Origin: a virus
Virus record (IMG/VR): IMGVR_UViG_3300038309_000252
Span: 32,001-96,000 of that record
Length of the DNA stretch: 64,000 nucleotides
Direction: 5' to 3' (one strand)
Under the pieces are notes generated by a model, which searched no databases, had not been told where the DNA came from, and worked only from the letters and a program-made list of their open reading frames with translations. Shown in pieces: positions 59,573 to 64,000 of the stretch. The stretch's first letter is position 1; each line of letters opens with the position of its first letter. The translations under genes and the position numbers were made by a program.

Positions 59573-60220
59573 CTATACTAAAATTTGATATTGCTTTCTG
59601 AAATATGCAAACTTATCAATCCATTTTTCTCTATCTTTACTAACAAATAGTTGGATTCCATAGTCTGGAACAGCAATAATAATTCTAAGTGATGGTATTG
59701 TTATACCAAATAATTCTTCAAACATCAAAGAATATACAGATACTTGCATCCAATAATTTTCAATCCATTCATTTCTTTTTGGTTTGGATGAAGTCTTGAA
59801 ATCAATTACAGACAATTCACCATCAAATTCACCAATACAGTCTACAGTTCCAGCTACTAGTAATGAAGGAGAATACATTCTAGATTCTAGACAATGAATA
59901 TTGTCAATTCTATCTAATACAGGTTCTAATTTATTAAATATTTCTTTTTCAAATATTCCTGGAGATGCCTTCCCTGTAAGAAGAAATTGCTCACATAAAC
60001 TATGTATTTCAGTTCCAAAAGCAGATGATTTTTTTTGTATTCTTTCAGCTTCTTCAATTCCTACCTTTTCAATCCATTTATCAATTGAATCTTTTGTTAC
60101 TAGTTTTAGGACAGAAGTTACAGAAGGCATAATATCACCATTGATACTTGAATATGTCCTTCCTTCATCTGTATTAATTTGATCAAGATGTGGAAAATCA
60201 TGATGTATAAAAGTTTTCAT
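59573..60220 (-). CDS. PD-(D/E)xK exonuclease (Cas4/ExoA-like)
   Basis: Motifs PSVTSVL, GTEIH, AGTVDCI, IDFKTS and QVSVY. Confidence 0.9.
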   Translation of the reverse strand: MKTFIHHDFPHLDQINTDEGRTYSSINGDIMPSVTSVLKLVTKDSIDKWIEKVGIEEAERIQKKSSAFGTEIHSLCEQFLLTGKASPGIFEKEIFNKLEPVLDRIDNIHCLESRMYSPSLLVAGTVDCIGEFDGELSVIDFKTSSKPKRNEWIENYWMQVSVYSLMFEELFGITIPSLRIIIAVPDYGIQLFVSKDREKWIDKFAYFRKQYQILV

Positions 60221-60232
60221 ACCATACCTAAT

Positions 60233-61279
60233 TTAGATAAGTTCAAAATGAAATGGATCAATCAATGTTGATAATGATGCTTTTTGACTAGAAGAGTATA
60301 AATCCACATTTTTAGCTAAATCTAGGAATCTAATATCACCATATGCCCAGCATGATCCCCATCTTAATGGTATTTGTAATTCTTTTGCCACAGATTGAAC
60401 TGCTGTTGCTAATGACATATATGATGCTTTCAATTTAAGGTCATTCAATTCCTGATGTTGCAACAAAGGTTTAAAATATTCATAAAACCCACGTTTTTTC
60501 TTAGCAATATCTGGTGAATTATACCCTACTTTATTTAGTGCTGCAAGATAATAATCAGGATGTGATTTAGGATCAATATTAGATGGAATATTTTGTTTAA
60601 AAAATAAAACAGTAATATCTGCAGCAATTTGAGGATCATTCATCATATCTGGTCTTTCATCAATTGGAATACCTGAAAGTTTAGCAAACTTTTCGTAATT
60701 ATATCTTCCTGTCAATTGAATGAATCCCCTACCATAATATTTTCCACCATCATCTGCTTTAATATTACCTAAGATTTTTCCTTGTGGAGTTGTTGGTCCA
60801 TATATAAAATTAAAAAACTCTGCTCTAGTACCTTTGTTTTTCGTTTTCCAATTAGCATATTTATTTGCTAAAGATGCATTACCATGAAAAATTGATGGAA
60901 ATATTTTTAACAATCTATTAGATGAGTATTCATAATATTCTTCTTGACATTTCCATTCACATTCACCACCAACAATACCCAATACGGAAGCTTTTTGAAC
61001 TGGTGTAAAAAATTGATATTTATCACATGCTTTAATCAATAACGCAATATTGGTTTTTAATTCAGAATTATAAGGTTTAGGTGGAATTATATCATCATAA
61101 ATTGGAGTTGGCAATAATATGTCAATTGCTGAACCAGATTGATGTGATTGCGTCATTTCTTTCTTATGTTCTTTTGCAGCGCTTCCTAATGTAAACTGTA
61201 CAGGACTTGTAGAATATAATTTATCTATTAGTTTTATAAGTTTAGGATTAATAGATTTGATTAACGGATTTATTGTCAT
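60233..61279 (-). CDS. endolysin: GH19 glycosidase nested in an M15-type peptidase scaffold
   Basis: GH19 motif YYGRGFIQLTGRYNY; M15 motifs SH..GSAID, LRWG..W and DPFHFEL. Confidence 0.8.
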   Translation of the reverse strand: MTINPLIKSINPKLIKLIDKLYSTSPVQFTLGSAAKEHKKEMTQSHQSGSAIDILLPTPIYDDIIPPKPYNSELKTNIALLIKACDKYQFFTPVQKASVLGIVGGECEWKCQEEYYEYSSNRLLKIFPSIFHGNASLANKYANWKTKNKGTRAEFFNFIYGPTTPQGKILGNIKADDGGKYYGRGFIQLTGRYNYEKFAKLSGIPIDERPDMMNDPQIAADITVLFFKQNIPSNIDPKSHPDYYLAALNKVGYNSPDIAKKKRGFYEYFKPLLQHQELNDLKLKASYMSLATAVQSVAKELQIPLRWGSCWAYGDIRFLDLAKNVDLYSSSQKASLSTLIDPFHFELI

Positions 61280-62100
61280 TGATAATCCTCCTCATTATCA
61301 TCATAATTCATTTTGGCAATAATATATTCTTTAACAATATTGCTTCTTATAATGTCTTCAATTCCGAATTCAATATGAGCAAGTGATCTCATTTTTTTAG
61401 TGACATTCTTAAATCTTAATAACCCAGACATATCATTTTTTTTCTTATTTAAATCAGTTTGTCTATAATCACCACAGAATAAGATTTTTGAATTATAACC
61501 AACTCGAGTCATTATAGAGTCTAATTCTTCCCATGTCAGGTTTTGACATTCATCCACAATGATAATACAATTGTCAAATGTCATTCCTCTAATAAATGAC
61601 GTTGAAACAAACTCAACATGTTTTTGTTCTTCTAATCTATCCCATGCATCTTTTCTATCAAATAAAGTTTCACAAATCTGTTTATAAGGAAGTTGATATA
61701 TATCAAGTTTTTCATCAACTGATCCTGGAAGATGACCAATTTCTCTTCCTTGCACTGCTGATCTGACAACTAATAATTTATTATATTTACCTTTCATTAA
61801 AATTTCTTCAATACTTTTATACAAAGCACAGAAGGTTTTTCCTGTACCAGCTACACCATGAAGCATTATAAAGGAATTATCTTCATTATACAATGAAAAA
61901 AACTTACTTTGATTTTCTGTTAAAGGTTGAAATGTTTTAAGATCATCAATTTTAATTTTTAATTGATTTTTATGAAGTTTTTGTTGTTTATTAGTTGTTA
62001 TTTCTGTGGATTGCAGGATGAAAGAAATGTCATTAATGTCATTAATTGATGAATGACCATTACCATTTAAATGATTAGCTTTCCATGTTTGTTTAGACAT
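61276..62100 (-). CDS. phoH: PhoH family ATPase
   Basis: Motifs GVAGTGKT, GHLPG, FIRGMTF, DECQN and GDYRQTD. Confidence 0.95.
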   Translation of the reverse strand: MSKQTWKANHLNGNGHSSINDINDISFILQSTEITTNKQQKLHKNQLKIKIDDLKTFQPLTENQSKFFSLYNEDNSFIMLHGVAGTGKTFCALYKSIEEILMKGKYNKLLVVRSAVQGREIGHLPGSVDEKLDIYQLPYKQICETLFDRKDAWDRLEEQKHVEFVSTSFIRGMTFDNCIIIVDECQNLTWEELDSIMTRVGYNSKILFCGDYRQTDLNKKKNDMSGLLRFKNVTKKMRSLAHIEFGIEDIIRSNIVKEYIIAKMNYDDNEEDYQ

Positions 62101-62126
62101 GAAGCATTATTACTCCTTAAAGATGT

Positions 62127-62360
62127 TTATTTGATGTTTAATTGACTACCTGGTGTAGTTGAATGAATTTTTTGCATTACCTCCTTAAATCCTTGATCTG
62201 TGCGACGTATTCCCAATCTAACAGGATCGCCAAGATGTGGTGGTGTAATTATCAATTCCAATTCAGGATTATCAAGTAAATACTGATCACGTTTATCATA
62301 AGAAATAATTTCCTCAAATGTTATTCCAGTTATTTTATTACGAAATTCATATAATGCCAT
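62127..62360 (-). CDS. FmdB-like small regulator (Cys-less variant)
   Basis: MALYEFRNKITG..FEE..GFKEVMQKIH; typically found next to phoH in T4-like phages. Confidence 0.65.
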   Translation of the reverse strand: MALYEFRNKITGITFEEIISYDKRDQYLLDNPELELIITPPHLGDPVRLGIRRTDQGFKEVMQKIHSTTPGSQLNIK

Positions 62361-62398
62361 CTATTTACCTCATTAATTATTTATGATTTGTTAAAAAC

Positions 62399-62426
62399 AA
62401 AAGGCACCAGGATCCTGGTGCCTTTT
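62399..62426. terminator. bidirectional terminator, perfect palindrome
   Basis: AAAAGGCACCAGGATCCTGGTGCCTTTT. Confidence 0.8.
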
Positions 62427-62451
62427 CAAAATAATTAGATATTACAAAATC

Positions 62452-62808
62452 TTAATCATTATCATCGCTTGAAGAGAAATTGTGGTATTCAATAACGACA
62501 GAAGTTACAGACAAATTTTGAATTGTTTTAATTTGATCAATAATATCAAATGTTTTGTCATAATCAACAACACTGCCAGAAATAACTGCTTTTACAAGAA
62601 TATCATTTTCAGTACTTGGAATTAATTCAACATCCATTCCATAATGCATATTAACTTTTATTTGAGAAGGAATAACAATGTTATTATCTAGCTTCTTAAT
62701 GTCTAAAAGAACATTATTAAAACGTTTCCATGCTTCACTAAAAGCAGAAGAATCTACTTTAAGTTCAATATTGGCAAAAAAATAAATATTTTCCATTTCA
62801 TACCTCAT
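62452..62808 (-). CDS. hypothetical protein
   Basis: ORF in the minus-strand operon. Confidence 0.55.
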   Translation of the reverse strand: MRYEMENIYFFANIELKVDSSAFSEAWKRFNNVLLDIKKLDNNIVIPSQIKVNMHYGMDVELIPSTENDILVKAVISGSVVDYDKTFDIIDQIKTIQNLSVTSVVIEYHNFSSSDDND

Positions 62809-62838
62809 TTAACATAAACAAAACAATCTTGATTTGAA

Positions 62839-63117
62839 TTAACCTGCAAAAACTGTAGAACTTCCTTGAGCATTTGTAGAACCACAAGCTATTGAATCAC
62901 CAACACGAGCTACTCCTTTTCCGTTTACAATTACTGTACTACTTCCACTACTTTGTGTTGATGTATGTGGTGGAATACCATGTGGACCCCAAGAATCACC
63001 AACTCTATGAACACCTTTACCATCAACAAAAACATCAGTTGATGCACTAGTATTAGCTCTTGGTGGAGCATTTGCATGTCCTGAACACATATCACCAAGT
63101 CTAACAACTGCAGGCAT
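62839..63117 (-). CDS. PAAR-repeat spike tip protein (gp5.4-like)
   Basis: MPAVVRLGD.CSGH, VHRVGD and VARVGDSIACG. Confidence 0.95.
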   Translation of the reverse strand: MPAVVRLGDMCSGHANAPPRANTSASTDVFVDGKGVHRVGDSWGPHGIPPHTSTQSSGSSTVIVNGKGVARVGDSIACGSTNAQGSSTVFAG

Positions 63118-63261
63118 TTTTAATCTCTTTATTTAAATTATTTTTTTCTAAACGTCTTAATGCCTTTCTAGTTTTTCCATGTGGACCATGCTTTGGTTGA
63201 TTGTTCCACAAAGCTAACAAATGAAAATTACGAGTTTTGATTTTCATTTTATTATCCTGTA

Positions 63262-63813
63262 TTAGATGGTATTAGATGCTGCTTTTTCTGCAGCAGCTTT
63301 TTGCTCTAATTCTTGTTGCCTAGCTAATCTTCTCATTTTCAATTTTTGATACCTTGTCAATGGTTTTTCTTCCAATGGAGGAACTTCTGGAGGATTATCA
63401 ACCATTGGGATGAATCCTGCTTCTGCAATTACTTTATATGTTAACTTAGGATATAAATGCGGCAAGGTTTGATCTTTGACAGCAATCAAAATTGCTACTT
63501 CATCAGGATGTAAAACTTCACACATACGAATAAATGCATCTTCACGTTTCATCATTGGTATATCTTTTTTACAAAAGATATCAAACTTTCCAATTTGGGC
63601 AATAAATGGAACACCAGTCAATCCTTGTGGTTCCAATGCTTTTTTAAATGGTGGAATACCTGATGGAAGAATGAATTTTCCATTTGGAACATACGCATGG
63701 AAAAATAGTTTGCCTAATGGACCACCATTACCTTGCTTCTTATATGTTGTTTGAAAAAGACTCAAATCATTATTCAATTCTTTTAAAACGTCTGTGATAT
63801 ATTTTGTAGTCAT
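63262..63813 (-). CDS. conserved T4-like hypothetical protein
   Basis: LPSGIPPF..KREDAFIRMCEVLHPDE..KDQ.L..YP. Confidence 0.75.
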   Translation of the reverse strand: MTTKYITDVLKELNNDLSLFQTTYKKQGNGGPLGKLFFHAYVPNGKFILPSGIPPFKKALEPQGLTGVPFIAQIGKFDIFCKKDIPMMKREDAFIRMCEVLHPDEVAILIAVKDQTLPHLYPKLTYKVIAEAGFIPMVDNPPEVPPLEEKPLTRYQKLKMRRLARQQELEQKAAAEKAASNTI

Positions 63814-63999
63814 ACTTTAACTCTACGCTTAATGTTTTTTGTTAATTTTGTAACTTTTCTTGTTTTTGGTTTATTATTAACCTGATTACAGTCATTAATA
63901 ATAGACTCAATCATCTTTTGAAATTGTACCAATCGCCTTCTTGGCAGCAATCTATAATTTTCAACAATATCATTATCTGATATATTTATAGCAGAAAGT
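63810..63999 (-). CDS. 3' end of a hypothetical gene truncated by the window edge
   Basis: Open frame ..DIVENYRLLPRRRL..KRRVKV* overlapping the next ATG. Confidence 0.5.
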   Translation of the reverse strand, partial: LSAINISDNDIVENYRLLPRRRLVQFQKMIESIINDCNQVNNKPKTRKVTKLTKNIKRRVKV

Positions 64000-64000
64000 A

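Noticed and set aside
59573-60220. Cas4 as evidence of a CRISPR system
   Set aside because: It is a standard stand-alone T4-like exonuclease with no Fe-S cysteine set and no array.
1649-63754. Many short antisense or out-of-frame ORFs in the track (e.g. 1649, 7621, 12319, 18338, 41487, 52485, 59901, 63476)
   Set aside because: They are nested in well-supported genes and have no motifs or SD support.
1-64000. tRNA genes or stop-codon reassignment
   Set aside because: No cloverleaf was seen in the intergenic gaps, and core genes are full length in the standard code.

Overview
AT-rich segment of a T4-like myovirus genome with a Gram-negative host (it carries an i-/o-spanin pair). It contains the neck-terminase-tail-head block (g13-15, g17-23), an ~11 kb accessory island between g23 and g3, the recombination/replication block (uvsY, uvsW, g55, g47, g46, g45, g44, g62, regA, g43, uvsX, g41), a block of probable head-packaged enzymes plus spanins, and a minus-strand block (g32, g33, ClpP-like, exonuclease, endolysin, phoH, PAAR). 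Early and replication genes have near-consensus sigma70 promoters; late genes have (TAC/TA/CA)TAAATA motifs. The most unusual items are: (1) a ~450 bp non-coding, modular, GATC-rich repeat element present twice, each copy read by its own perfect sigma70 promoter; (2) an island with a soluble PAS-chemoreceptor, a PilX-like minor pilin, SpeD, YeaH and an HsdR-less type I methyltransferase flanked by two half-size HsdS genes; (3) a QueD-like + TGT/DpdA-like + dNMP kinase cluster; (4) a nuclease / ligase-like / HIGH nucleotidyltransferase trio; (5) a GH19 domain nested inside an M15 peptidase; (6) a split uvsW and a class 3 intein in the terminase. All calls are from motif recognition and synteny by eye; no searches were run.
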